Shown here piece after piece: positions 28,916 through 37,187 of a DNA stretch of 59,580 nucleotides (position 1 is its first letter; every line of letters starts with the position of its first letter). Below the pieces are notes generated by a model that saw only the letters and a list, made by a program, of their open reading frames with translations, did not search any database and was not told where the DNA came from. The DNA comes from a virus (lineage: Duplodnaviria; Caudoviricetes), in IMG/VR virus record IMGVR_UViG_3300046167_000203, positions 1 to 59,580 of that record, one strand, 5' to 3'. The position numbers were made by a program, and so were the translations under genes.

Positions 28916-29321
28916 TCAAAACTATTCAAAAATGGAAACCAATGTAGTTCAATCTCTTGATCCACAATTTCCACATTTAAAACTAACCCATACCATGTGG
29001 GATAAAAATAATATTGATGCGGGAGTATTTGAAAGGTTCGCATCTTTGTACGGTGTTGACTTTAAGACTATGACAAATGGAGATAAGCAGACTTTGTCCG
29101 CAGTCTTTAGGTTTAATGGAGTTGATACTCCAACCAAGGTTAACTTCTATAAGACTAAGGCTCGTGGAGATAAAAGATTTAGTATCCAATCCATCAAGCA
29201 AAAGTCTAAAGCGGGAGACATCATTGCTTTAACTTATGAGCATGATCCTCAGACAAATAAAAATATTATTATTTTAAACTTATCTGCACAGGCAGAAAAC
29301 AGGGAGAAAATTTATGGATAA
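28908..29321 (+). CDS. Stand-alone domain resembling the N-terminal region of MvaI/BcnI-family nucleases
   Basis: LTHTMWDKNNIDA...VNFYKTKARGDKRFSI...GDII pattern; no nuclease domain follows. Confidence 0.5.
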   Translation: MNNQNYSKMETNVVQSLDPQFPHLKLTHTMWDKNNIDAGVFERFASLYGVDFKTMTNGDKQTLSAVFRFNGVDTPTKVNFYKTKARGDKRFSIQSIKQKSKAGDIIALTYEHDPQTNKNIIILNLSAQAENREKIYG

Positions 29322-29547
29322 GATAAAAGCACTACATACAGAGAGAGACAATCTCATGTCTGCAATAGATCAGAAAGATGATTTGATTAACAAGATTAAA
29401 TCATGGTTGATAGATGAGGTTAAATATCAGCAACCTATCATTGATGGAGAAGAAATTCTTACTGATGGTACTGATGATATCTGCGAGGGCAGACACGAAT
29501 GTGCTGAGGGTTTACTTAATCAAATAGAAGAATGGGAGAATAAATAA
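29314..29547 (+). CDS. Small hypothetical protein
   Basis: 77 aa, GGGAG RBS, coupled. Confidence 0.7.
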   Translation: MDKIKALHTERDNLMSAIDQKDDLINKIKSWLIDEVKYQQPIIDGEEILTDGTDDICEGRHECAEGLLNQIEEWENK

Positions 29548-29744
29548 TGGGTAATCAATCTTACTTTAAAATAGATGTGTTTGACTACGTTGATGAAGAA
29601 GAAAATGTAGAAGAAAATGGAAAACGTCTTTACATAGACATACAAAGATTAGCCTCTGATATTGAGAATGATTTTGAAAAACACCCCGCCTATAAAGACC
29701 ATATAGTTGAAATTGTTGGTGTAGAAAGATGGGAGAATGCATAA
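29547..29744 (+). CDS. Small hypothetical protein
   Basis: 65 aa, TAATG coupling. Confidence 0.7.
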   Translation: MGNQSYFKIDVFDYVDEEENVEENGKRLYIDIQRLASDIENDFEKHPAYKDHIVEIVGVERWENA

Positions 29745-29902
29745 TGAAAACTTTTGAAATAGAAGTATGGAAAGAAGTTACTGAAGTATGGGTAGTTAGA
29801 GCAGACAACAAAGAAGATGCAAAAGCAAACTATACTGACGGACATGAAAAAATATCTCAAACTGAATCAATAGATTTTAAAAGAATAGAGGAGTTAAAAT
29901 AA
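29744..29902 (+). CDS. Small hypothetical protein
   Basis: 52 aa MKTFEIEVWKEVTEVWVVRADNKEDA..., coupled on both sides; below the track cutoff. Confidence 0.7.
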   Translation: MKTFEIEVWKEVTEVWVVRADNKEDAKANYTDGHEKISQTESIDFKRIEELK

Positions 29903-30066
29903 TGGCTAAAGAAAAAATGGGATGTGATTACTGCGATCACATCGAATATTACGAGGATGAAAATAGTTTTTTCCAAGGCGAAATGTTTGGTTTGAAAGAC
30001 GATAGTGTTTCGTGTCCTGATTGTTTAGAAAAGCAACCAACCTCAAATCTTGTATGGGAGAATTAA
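29902..30066 (+). CDS. Small Zn-finger-like protein
   Basis: 54 aa with CDYC and CPDC; GAGGAG RBS. Confidence 0.65.
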   Translation: MAKEKMGCDYCDHIEYYEDENSFFQGEMFGLKDDSVSCPDCLEKQPTSNLVWEN

Positions 30067-30068
30067 TA

Positions 30069-30377
30069 ATGGGTTTACATTATGATACTAGAAAATGTGA
30101 TCTAGAAAATGTTGGTAAGGATATTATTGAAACTATGATCCATATGACAATGTTAATAGAGGTTGGACATTTTACAGAAAAAAATATCCAAGAAATCTAT
30201 TATAGAATTTGTATGATGGAAATGTTTCATGGCAGTCCATTCTTATTTGATGGTAAAACTAATAAATCTATATTAGCAGACTTAGAATTAGTTAAAAAAT
30301 TTATTGGATTAAAAACCAATGTAACTAATGTCTCAATTAAAAAATGGTTTGCTAAAAGGTTGAAAAATCATGGATGA
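30069..30377 (+). CDS. Small hypothetical protein
   Basis: MGLHYDTRKCD..., GGGAG RBS. Confidence 0.7.
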   Translation: MGLHYDTRKCDLENVGKDIIETMIHMTMLIEVGHFTEKNIQEIYYRICMMEMFHGSPFLFDGKTNKSILADLELVKKFIGLKTNVTNVSIKKWFAKRLKNHG

Positions 30378-30528
30378 ACTTCTTATCCTTGCCTATGATC
30401 TCAAGCATCAATTAGATTGCTATGAGTATAAAGCAGATACATATGTGGATGGTGTGGAGACACACCTTTCCGCTTATGAACGTATTCAAAAAATCATTCA
30501 CCTGCTTGAAAAAAATAATAAATCGTAA
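30370..30528 (+). CDS. Small hypothetical protein
   Basis: 52 aa MDELLILAYDLKHQ..., overlaps the previous stop; ends just before HH5. Confidence 0.55.
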   Translation: MDELLILAYDLKHQLDCYEYKADTYVDGVETHLSAYERIQKIIHLLEKNNKS

Positions 30529-30529
30529 A

Positions 30530-30595
30530 TGTTGAAACATCCAAGTTTACTTGGGTGTCTGTGTCTTGTGACTGAGACATACTGACGAGGCAGTT
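30530..30595 (+). ncRNA. Hammerhead ribozyme HH5, type II
   Basis: GAAA, stem III CAUCCAAG/CUUGGGUG, GUC (cleavage after 30559), stem I UGUGUCU/AGACAUA, CUGACGA, weak open stem II UGUU/GGCA; loop I GACUG can pair with the tail CAGUU. Confidence 0.75.
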
Positions 30596-30632
30596 CCTCG
30601 ATTTATTAGTTGACAGACTATGGAGAAACACA

Positions 30633-30947
30633 ATGGCTAATTACAGAATGGAAATGTATTACAATTCCAATCCGCAATTTGTAAGCATGATCAAAACATT
30701 TGTCCAAGATATTATAGACAAGGATGAAAACTTTGATAATGCATATGAATACTTTGAATATGATGGGAAGTTTTTTGACGTTCATATATTCAAAGATCAA
30801 TCACACATAAAGGCATATGTCTATTGGACTATCTTTAAGTTTATAGATCAGCAAGACCTTTTCATAACTCAAGAACATGACGTTATGCCACTTGGTTACT
30901 TCCAGGGAAGAGAAGAGGGGGCAGACTATGTACAAGCACAAGCCTAA
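30633..30947 (+). CDS. Hypothetical protein
   Basis: 104 aa, GGAG RBS. Confidence 0.7.
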   Translation: MANYRMEMYYNSNPQFVSMIKTFVQDIIDKDENFDNAYEYFEYDGKFFDVHIFKDQSHIKAYVYWTIFKFIDQQDLFITQEHDVMPLGYFQGREEGADYVQAQA

Positions 30948-31149
30948 AGAAAAGTCTTGGTCTACTGCACAACTATTCCATGTCTACTTAAATGAAATGA
31001 GATTTCCAATTTGTGGACTCAGACATGTCTTTGCAGTTGTAGGTTATAAATGGGTAAGAATATTTGTCCCATTTCATAACATCAAATTTAAAGTTAATCG
31101 ATCCATTTGGAACAAAATGGATGTCAAACAATTAGAGGGAGAAAGCTGA
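30928..31149 (+). CDS. Small hypothetical protein
   Basis: MYKHKPKEKSWSTAQLF...; likely start after the GAGGGG RBS. Confidence 0.6.
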   Translation: MYKHKPKEKSWSTAQLFHVYLNEMRFPICGLRHVFAVVGYKWVRIFVPFHNIKFKVNRSIWNKMDVKQLEGES

Positions 31150-31373
31150 TGGCTAGATATCATGGGGATGCCTTTGACGAGGCATGTGAAGAAAACTTAG
31201 GTCATACCAATTGGGGATATGCGACACTCAAAGACCTTGAAAGAATTGTAGCTAAAGAAAAAGCTAGAATACTTAGAACGGGTAAGGGAAGTGAGGGCAT
31301 TGGCTTTGGCGATGACATCGAATGTTTAGTTATTTTCTATAATGAACCTTTAGAGGAGGATGAAGATGAGTAA
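31149..31373 (+). CDS. Small hypothetical protein
   Basis: MARYHGDAFDEACEENLGHTNWGY, TGATG coupling. Confidence 0.65.
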   Translation: MARYHGDAFDEACEENLGHTNWGYATLKDLERIVAKEKARILRTGKGSEGIGFGDDIECLVIFYNEPLEEDEDE

Positions 31374-31626
31374 AAAAGATTACACAGTCAAGTTTGACGT
31401 TAACATTTGGTTTGATAATAATTTTTCTATTGAGGCTAGTTCTCAAGAAGAGGCTGAAGAAAAAGCTAAACTGTTAATGAAAGAAATTCAAGATGACTTT
31501 AATAATACAAAGCCTACAAACGGAAGTGTATTTCACACATCTAAATCTAAAAAATTTCTTGGGGAATTAGATCAATGGTTCTTTGGGGATTGTCAATTAG
31601 ATACTGTTTATGTTGAGGAGGATTAA
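31360..31626 (+). CDS. Small hypothetical protein
   Basis: 88 aa with IEASSQEEAEEKA motif common in phage small proteins. Confidence 0.7.
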   Translation: MKMSKKDYTVKFDVNIWFDNNFSIEASSQEEAEEKAKLLMKEIQDDFNNTKPTNGSVFHTSKSKKFLGELDQWFFGDCQLDTVYVEED

Positions 31627-31863
31627 ATGACTACACAATTTGTGACGAAAGCAGACTATGTTTATAAAAGAAAAAATGGTGGCACAACTTTATGCTATGG
31701 CACTCTAGAAGAGGACAGTAATTTTGTTCTCGCATGTGACAATGAAAATCTAGATGGTACTTGGGCAGAAAGAGACCCCGAAAAGCAGAAATCTTGGAAA
31801 GATGTTTGCGAACATTTAGAAAAGGTTTATGACGAAAACATCGAGCAAATAGAGACTTGCTGA
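31627..31863 (+). CDS. Small hypothetical protein
   Basis: 78 aa, GAGGAGG RBS. Confidence 0.7.
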   Translation: MTTQFVTKADYVYKRKNGGTTLCYGTLEEDSNFVLACDNENLDGTWAERDPEKQKSWKDVCEHLEKVYDENIEQIETC

Positions 31864-31885
31864 AAAAACAAGCCTTTTTAAGAGC

Positions 31886-31918
31886 CATACAGACGGGTTA
31901 ACAATACTCGTCTGTATG
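31886..31918. terminator. Hairpin between convergent transcription units
   Basis: CATACAGACGGGT/ACTCGTCTGTATG 13-bp stem. Confidence 0.6.
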
Positions 31919-31928
31919 ATTGTACCCC

Positions 31929-32150
31929 TTAATTATGGGGCATTCCTCTCATTTGGATAGTGTATCCACACTCCAAACATTCCACCGCAGTACATTCAAA
32001 ATCGAGATCATCATAATTAGGAGACCGCTCCACAATTGCTTGACCTATATCAGGGTCTAAATGAATACTCCAATTAATAGAGTTACATTCATTACAAGCT
32101 AGATGATACTTCTTTGCTCTTTTGAATTTAGGTCGAATAACTTTTCCCAT
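31929..32150 (-). CDS. Small Zn-ribbon protein
   Basis: CNEC...CLECG; coupled to the resolvase stop. Confidence 0.65.
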   Translation of the reverse strand: MGKVIRPKFKRAKKYHLACNECNSINWSIHLDPDIGQAIVERSPNYDDLDFECTAVECLECGYTIQMRGMPHN

Positions 32151-32611
32151 TAAAAAACTCCATCCATTACACATTGTAATATACTAATCGCATCAGCCTC
32201 GTCTTCTGTCTGAGGGTCTAGATCAGGATACTTCTCGACAACTGCTTGTCTGACAATATCCTTTGATGCAATTCCAATCCCGCACATATGTTTCTTGATA
32301 GTGGTAACGCCAATTGATCTGTACGGGATAGACATCTCTTCACAGACAGACATCAAGACACCTCGCAACTCTCCATAAATCTGTCCCGCATATGTCCCGC
32401 TATGTCTTTGGACTAATTCAAAACCTAATTCTTCGATGGGTTCTATCTCATCAAACAATTCCATTAAATGTCTTCTCATCATAAGAGGTCTCATCCCGCC
32501 CCCGCTAATTCTAGCTTTAGACGTGTCAAATCTGATGTGTCTGATGACTGAATCTTTCCTCCAAGCAACCCCGCAAAGAGTTCCTATATCAACACCAACT
32601 AATGTTCCCAT
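32150..32611 (-). CDS. RuvC-like Holliday junction resolvase
   Basis: LVGVDIG, FE, TIKK...G.ASK, DEADA catalytic pattern. Confidence 0.85.
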   Translation of the reverse strand: MGTLVGVDIGTLCGVAWRKDSVIRHIRFDTSKARISGGGMRPLMMRRHLMELFDEIEPIEELGFELVQRHSGTYAGQIYGELRGVLMSVCEEMSIPYRSIGVTTIKKHMCGIGIASKDIVRQAVVEKYPDLDPQTEDEADAISILQCVMDGVF

Positions 32612-32771
32612 TTATACCTACAATTCCAAGTGTTTTTTTGTCCGCAGCGAACTCAGTAAAAGTTTTTTTCTTAAAACATTATAGACACCAACATAGTCTG
32701 TCAACGTGTCTGTGTCTACCACTATAATCTAACAAACCTTCACAGGGGCTAGCGTCAGACTTTGTGATCCA

Positions 32772-33085
32772 TGACAGTATGACAGTAAAGTACAGTAAAA
32801 CAGTAAACATATACCTATTATTATTATTATATATTACTACTTAATAAGAGATTTACTGTACTTTACTGTCATACTGTCAGTAAAATAGAATTTATCCCGT
32901 AAAAACAAACACTTATTCTCCCGCTTTTACCGACAGTAAAACTTTTTAATGACAGTAAAAACCCGTTTACTGTCATTAATCTAGTATTCCAAGTGCAAAA
33001 CCTCAACCAAACACCACCCAAAGTCTGATTTACTGACAGTAAAACCACAATTAATGACAGTAAAAATATCTTACTGTCATTAATT
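32772..33085. repeat. Probable replication origin: (G)ACAGTA(AA) iterons in inverted arrays around an AT-rich core
   Basis: Perfect 28-bp inverted repeat 32772-32799/32852-32879 flanking an AT-rich spacer; further inverted repeats near 32946-32979 and 33049-33085. Confidence 0.75.
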
Positions 33086-33123
33086 TGCTTGTTAATTAAA
33101 TGCAAATAGTTCATCTTTAACTA

Positions 33124-33152
33124 TGGACTTTTAAATTAAAGGAGATTATAAT
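33124..33152 (+). promoter_or_regulatory. Sigma70-type promoter
   Basis: TGGACT-N17-TATAAT. Confidence 0.6.
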
Positions 33153-33183
33153 CTACAGATTGACAGAACTAAGGAGAGACGAA

Positions 33184-33834
33184 ATGTACAATACTAATAA
33201 GATACTAGATTTTAAAAAATCTGAAAGAAATCATAAGCAAAATTTAAAACCTCAAGCGGATGGGGATTACTGTGAAAAAGATTACATTGATATAATTGAC
33301 AATTTGACTACTAAAAAAACATCAGACTATAGGTTTGAACTTCCACCAAAGGATCAATCCAATACGTCTCAAGAAATTCAAGAACATTTACGAAGAGAAT
33401 ATGTCATAGCTTTATTGACTACAGAAATGAAGATGCACAAGGCTAGACAAACTAGAATGGATACTGATATTCAACGATACTTTAATTCGTCACCGCTACG
33501 AAATGCTTTTTCAAGGTGGATGGTCTATGGCTACTTAGTTAATAAGCCTTATAACATAACCACTTTATGTGATGAAATGGGTGCGGATCGAAAAACAATA
33601 AGCCTTATGATTAAAGAGTGTGAAGCTGAGGGTTGGATACAAACTATTAAATCTAATGGTCAGTTATTTTGCATAGCATCTCCGCCACTAGTATCTAAGA
33701 TGGAAGAATATGTATCGTGGCGAAGAAAATTAGCTAAAGATACAATCGGTGTAGCATTCTCTGCATTGAAAGCCTTTGAAGATTTAATGAGTATTGACAC
33801 CACATCAGATAGTAAATATTCAACTGATATCTAG
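33184..33834 (+). CDS. Winged-helix (MarR-like) DNA-binding protein
   Basis: ITTLCDEMGADRKTISLMIKECEAEGWIQ wHTH pattern; AAGGAG RBS. Confidence 0.6.
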   Translation: MYNTNKILDFKKSERNHKQNLKPQADGDYCEKDYIDIIDNLTTKKTSDYRFELPPKDQSNTSQEIQEHLRREYVIALLTTEMKMHKARQTRMDTDIQRYFNSSPLRNAFSRWMVYGYLVNKPYNITTLCDEMGADRKTISLMIKECEAEGWIQTIKSNGQLFCIASPPLVSKMEEYVSWRRKLAKDTIGVAFSALKAFEDLMSIDTTSDSKYSTDI

Positions 33835-33914
33835 GTAATTAAACACTATAGTATTCCATGTCGCTCCCTATATTATTAATCTTGACAGATTGAATTTTAT
33901 AGGGAGATTTTTTT

Positions 33915-34073
33915 ATGGAAAATCAACAAGAAATACATCCAACCTTTACTGACATTACATGTGAAAAGTGTGATGGCTTAGGCTTTATACTTCAAGAAGA
34001 TGCATGGAGACCTAAGCATTGTGAATGTATGGAAGATGCACCTGAGATAGTAGAACCTTTTCAAAAGAAATAA
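33915..34073 (+). CDS. Small Zn-ribbon protein
   Basis: 52 aa CEKCDGLG...CEC, GGGAG RBS; below the track cutoff. Confidence 0.6.
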   Translation: MENQQEIHPTFTDITCEKCDGLGFILQEDAWRPKHCECMEDAPEIVEPFQKK

Positions 34074-34343
34074 TTATTTTTTACAATTTTCTTTTGTTAA
34101 AGTTCCATCTAGGGTGGGATCACACCTTACAAATATAGGGGTCTTATCCCCCATCCAAGCACCACAAACATTAAAATCCATCCACTCAATGGCATCCTCA
34201 TATTCCATGTGTTGATCTTTAATTAATATATCTACACATTTATCATAGTCATAACAGACAATGTCTTCCATGTTGATACGAGACCCTATGCCAATGATCG
34301 CTTCATTGAAACCATCAGCTATTAAATAATCAAGGTCAGACAT
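34074..34343 (-). CDS. Conserved phage hypothetical protein
   Basis: ADGFNEAIIG...YDYDKC...FNVCGAWMGDKTPIF pattern, common in phages. Confidence 0.75.
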   Translation of the reverse strand: MSDLDYLIADGFNEAIIGIGSRINMEDIVCYDYDKCVDILIKDQHMEYEDAIEWMDFNVCGAWMGDKTPIFVRCDPTLDGTLTKENCKK

Positions 34344-34515
34344 TGTCTGTCAACCACTTGTCTATAGCATCTCTTATAATACTTGCGGCGGATATGTGAG
34401 TTTTGCCAGTTTTACGTTCCTGATGTGCGATATACTGCAACCTTTCTAACTGTGTCTTCTTTAGTAAGGCATTGTAGATTACTGTCGGTTCTCCAATTGT
34501 ATTCGGGCGGGGCAT
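34336..34515 (-). CDS. Ribbon-helix-helix-like DNA-binding protein
   Basis: 59 aa MPRPNTIGEPTVIYNALL...SAASIIRDAIDKWL; abuts the helicase stop. Confidence 0.6.
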   Translation of the reverse strand: MPRPNTIGEPTVIYNALLKKTQLERLQYIAHQERKTGKTHISAASIIRDAIDKWLTDNV

Positions 34516-36027
34516 CTATTTAACTCCTGTGTTTATATTAGCTTCTTTAAGTTTCTTTTGATCTGGTTTGTAAAATGTGTCTTCCATTCCCCATCCCGCA
34601 GACAACCATGCTTTTCCCTTGTCTGAAAAATGTAAACCAAATCTGGCTCTGACTGTTCCTTGATCAACTCTGCCCACAGTTGAGTTTGGAAAAGCCTCGG
34701 ATATTCTTCTGGACAACCAGACCGCTGAGACTTTTGAGTTCTTTGCTTGGTCGCCTCCGAATTGTTTTAATAAGTAACCACGATATGCAGACACGATGTC
34801 CCCATTTTTTATGGCACATAAACTATTAGTTGATGTGATTGCCTCATCCAGAAAACCACGAAGCGGATCCTGTTCTAGTTTTATTTCTTCCTGCTTAGAA
34901 ATCAGACACGTTGGAATCTGAAATTGTCCACGTCTTCTTATGTCTGAAAGTCTGTCTACCATTCTGTTTAAAATTGCAGGTAGCTCTGCTTCTAGCTCAT
35001 CTTTTAATTTTTGATTTTCTGCTGAGGCTCCAATCACAGTATCCATCGGGACAAAGATCATCCTATCATACACCGCATCTGACGTATCATCAATCTTAGG
35101 TAGTGAGTTTCCCGCAAGACCAACTGTTAAATTAAGTCTGCCCTCAAAAGGTTTTTCAAATTTAATCTTTATGGAAAGCGGTTCGTTTGTAATGACACGT
35201 TTAATAACACTATCATTCATGACTGTTCCTACCTTAATCTCATCAGAAAGCCATACCGCTTTATTCATTAATGCCTCTGCTCCAAACCCGCTTAGTTCTT
35301 GTAGGTCTATGGCAGTTGCTAATTTTTCTCCGAAGATTTGACGTGGTACATCCAGAATAGTTGACTTGCCTGTACGTCTTTCTCCATAAAGGAACAGACA
35401 TTTAGACAAGGCTCTAGGTCTATTGTGTCTATATAATGTAGTTCCCATCCATTCTTCAACAAGTGTGATAACCTGTGATCTCTCCACAGGATCAGTAAAA
35501 TGTGCAAATAGTTTTTCTAATGACGAGTCCCAGACAGGACACTTGCCACCACTAACCCAATCAACATTCAACAGGTTGTCTTCTCTGAGATACCATTCCT
35601 TTTTCACAGTCACAGTCTGACCTTTATCCAAGTCGTAAGCTATCAGGTTCTTACATATAATAATGTTTCTGACATTACCCCACGGAACTTCAGCCATGTG
35701 AACCCTCATCATCAAGCCTTCCAAAACTTCTGATCTGAATTGTTTGGTTGGTACTAAATTAATTGCAGACCTAAACCATTCGTCTATGTCTGTCTTTATG
35801 TCCACAATGTCTGCTATTTTCCAGATACCTTCCTTCGCTGCGTAACAAAAAAACGCATCGTTGTTGTGTAAAATATCAGACCCGTTCTGTCTGAAGTTTA
35901 TAAGTAAAGCATCTATACAATGTCCGAGAATGTCTCGAATGTTAGGTCGTCTACCAAGTGCCTGTGCAGTTTGTACCTGTTGTATAATATGAGTCGTTGG
36001 ATCAGCGGGGTTTGGTGCTAATGTCAT
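34516..36027 (-). CDS. P4/D5-like SF3 helicase
   Basis: LFLYGERRTGKST Walker A, WLSDE Walker B, AGNSLPKIDDTSDAVYDR; start could be 36051. Confidence 0.9.
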   Translation of the reverse strand: MTLAPNPADPTTHIIQQVQTAQALGRRPNIRDILGHCIDALLINFRQNGSDILHNNDAFFCYAAKEGIWKIADIVDIKTDIDEWFRSAINLVPTKQFRSEVLEGLMMRVHMAEVPWGNVRNIIICKNLIAYDLDKGQTVTVKKEWYLREDNLLNVDWVSGGKCPVWDSSLEKLFAHFTDPVERSQVITLVEEWMGTTLYRHNRPRALSKCLFLYGERRTGKSTILDVPRQIFGEKLATAIDLQELSGFGAEALMNKAVWLSDEIKVGTVMNDSVIKRVITNEPLSIKIKFEKPFEGRLNLTVGLAGNSLPKIDDTSDAVYDRMIFVPMDTVIGASAENQKLKDELEAELPAILNRMVDRLSDIRRRGQFQIPTCLISKQEEIKLEQDPLRGFLDEAITSTNSLCAIKNGDIVSAYRGYLLKQFGGDQAKNSKVSAVWLSRRISEAFPNSTVGRVDQGTVRARFGLHFSDKGKAWLSAGWGMEDTFYKPDQKKLKEANINTGVK

Positions 36028-36896
36028 TGTGTATGTTTCTCCCATGCCCAATTAATTATATTTCTGCACTCATATTCATTTAAGGTGCAACCATATTGAG
36101 CTAATGTTTTGAGTTGTACTTCTGGGTTAACAGACTGTCTTGTCCAGTAACCCGCTAATTTTGTGACACAGTTATGTCTACCACCAAATTCATTGTCTGA
36201 ACCTGAGATAGAAAGATTGTCTATTATTCTCTGCCAATCGGATGCAGACTTAGATATGCCCATACCCTCGGTAATGTTTTCAATTAATCTTTCATAGGGA
36301 TCCATGTGTTGTTCAATAAAATCTTCAAAGTCTGACAGGTTGTAATCTTTCAATTGATCACATTGTATTGCTTTGACTTTGTCTGTCTGAACAGGTGGCT
36401 CATATTTGAAATTTGTACTGCCTGGAATTCTAAGTGTTGAAGCTGAGTGAGTAGGGGCGGGATCAGCACCTAACATAGTACATAATTTTCTCATTATGTT
36501 TTCACATTTTGAAATGCCAACATGATCTTCTATAGGTTTAGCAAGTCTCCAATATAAATGAATGCCTCTGCCTGAGTTGATACAAAAGGTCGGTCTTAAC
36601 TCTTTGCCCTGTAGTAAAGCCTTTGGAACAACACCTGTGTCTATGTCTATCCATAAATGATTGATGGCTACAACGTCTGCCTTGGTGCAAGTTCTGCTTT
36701 CACCATCCATACTTGATTGTCTTAGATGAACACCTCTTTGTGCCTGTTCCATTTTGTCAATCCATATTAAAAGATCATTTAAGTTATCTGATCTAAACAT
36801 CTCTCTGCCTTTGTCCTGTGTTTCAAAACTCAAGACACCAGACGTTTTGTGTTTATAAATTATCTTCAGAAATTCTGCGATAAGCTGTCGATTCAT
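36024..36896 (-). CDS. AEP/RepB-like DNA primase with PriCT-like tail
   Basis: LWIDID, SGRGIHLYW, LRIPG, GGRHNCVTKLAGYW. Confidence 0.85.
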   Translation of the reverse strand: MNRQLIAEFLKIIYKHKTSGVLSFETQDKGREMFRSDNLNDLLIWIDKMEQAQRGVHLRQSSMDGESRTCTKADVVAINHLWIDIDTGVVPKALLQGKELRPTFCINSGRGIHLYWRLAKPIEDHVGISKCENIMRKLCTMLGADPAPTHSASTLRIPGSTNFKYEPPVQTDKVKAIQCDQLKDYNLSDFEDFIEQHMDPYERLIENITEGMGISKSASDWQRIIDNLSISGSDNEFGGRHNCVTKLAGYWTRQSVNPEVQLKTLAQYGCTLNEYECRNIINWAWEKHTQ

Positions 36897-37020
36897 GAGG
36901 TTCCTCTCTAGACGTGTGTCTATAATATATTATTGTCTGTCGTCTGACCATTAATATTTTTTAATAAACTTGTCAACTATGCCATAGTAAAAAAAATTCG
37001 TTCGTGCGAGAAATATTGAA

Positions 37021-37096
37021 GAGTGTCTCTCCTTCCTCCCTTGGCACTCCTGTCAGTCTAAAGAATCCCTAGTATTAATTTACTAGGGATTTTTTA
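37021..37096 (+). ncRNA. Candidate small RNA: CU-rich loop hairpin plus intrinsic terminator
   Basis: GAGTGTC/GGCACTC stem with loop UCUCCUUCCUCCCUU, then AATCCCTAGTA/TACTAGGGATT and a U tract; no plus-strand gene upstream. Confidence 0.45.
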
Positions 37097-37102
37097 TTTT
37101 AT

Positions 37103-37139
37103 TATCCTGTTGACAACAGACAGGATATAATATTATAAA
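37103..37139 (+). promoter_or_regulatory. Replication-operon promoter with overlapping palindromic operator
   Basis: TTGACA at 37110 and a TATAA-type -10; CTGTTG-A-CAACAG palindrome and TATCCTGT/ACAGGATA inverted repeat. Confidence 0.65.
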
Positions 37140-37187
37140 GGTTATATTGACAGACTGAAAAATACACAAACGAACAAAGGGAGTAAC

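Noticed and set aside
32772-33085. CRISPR array, or the 81-aa ORF 32869..33114
   Set aside because: Repeats are short, inverted and irregularly spaced; the ORF is a by-product of the repeats
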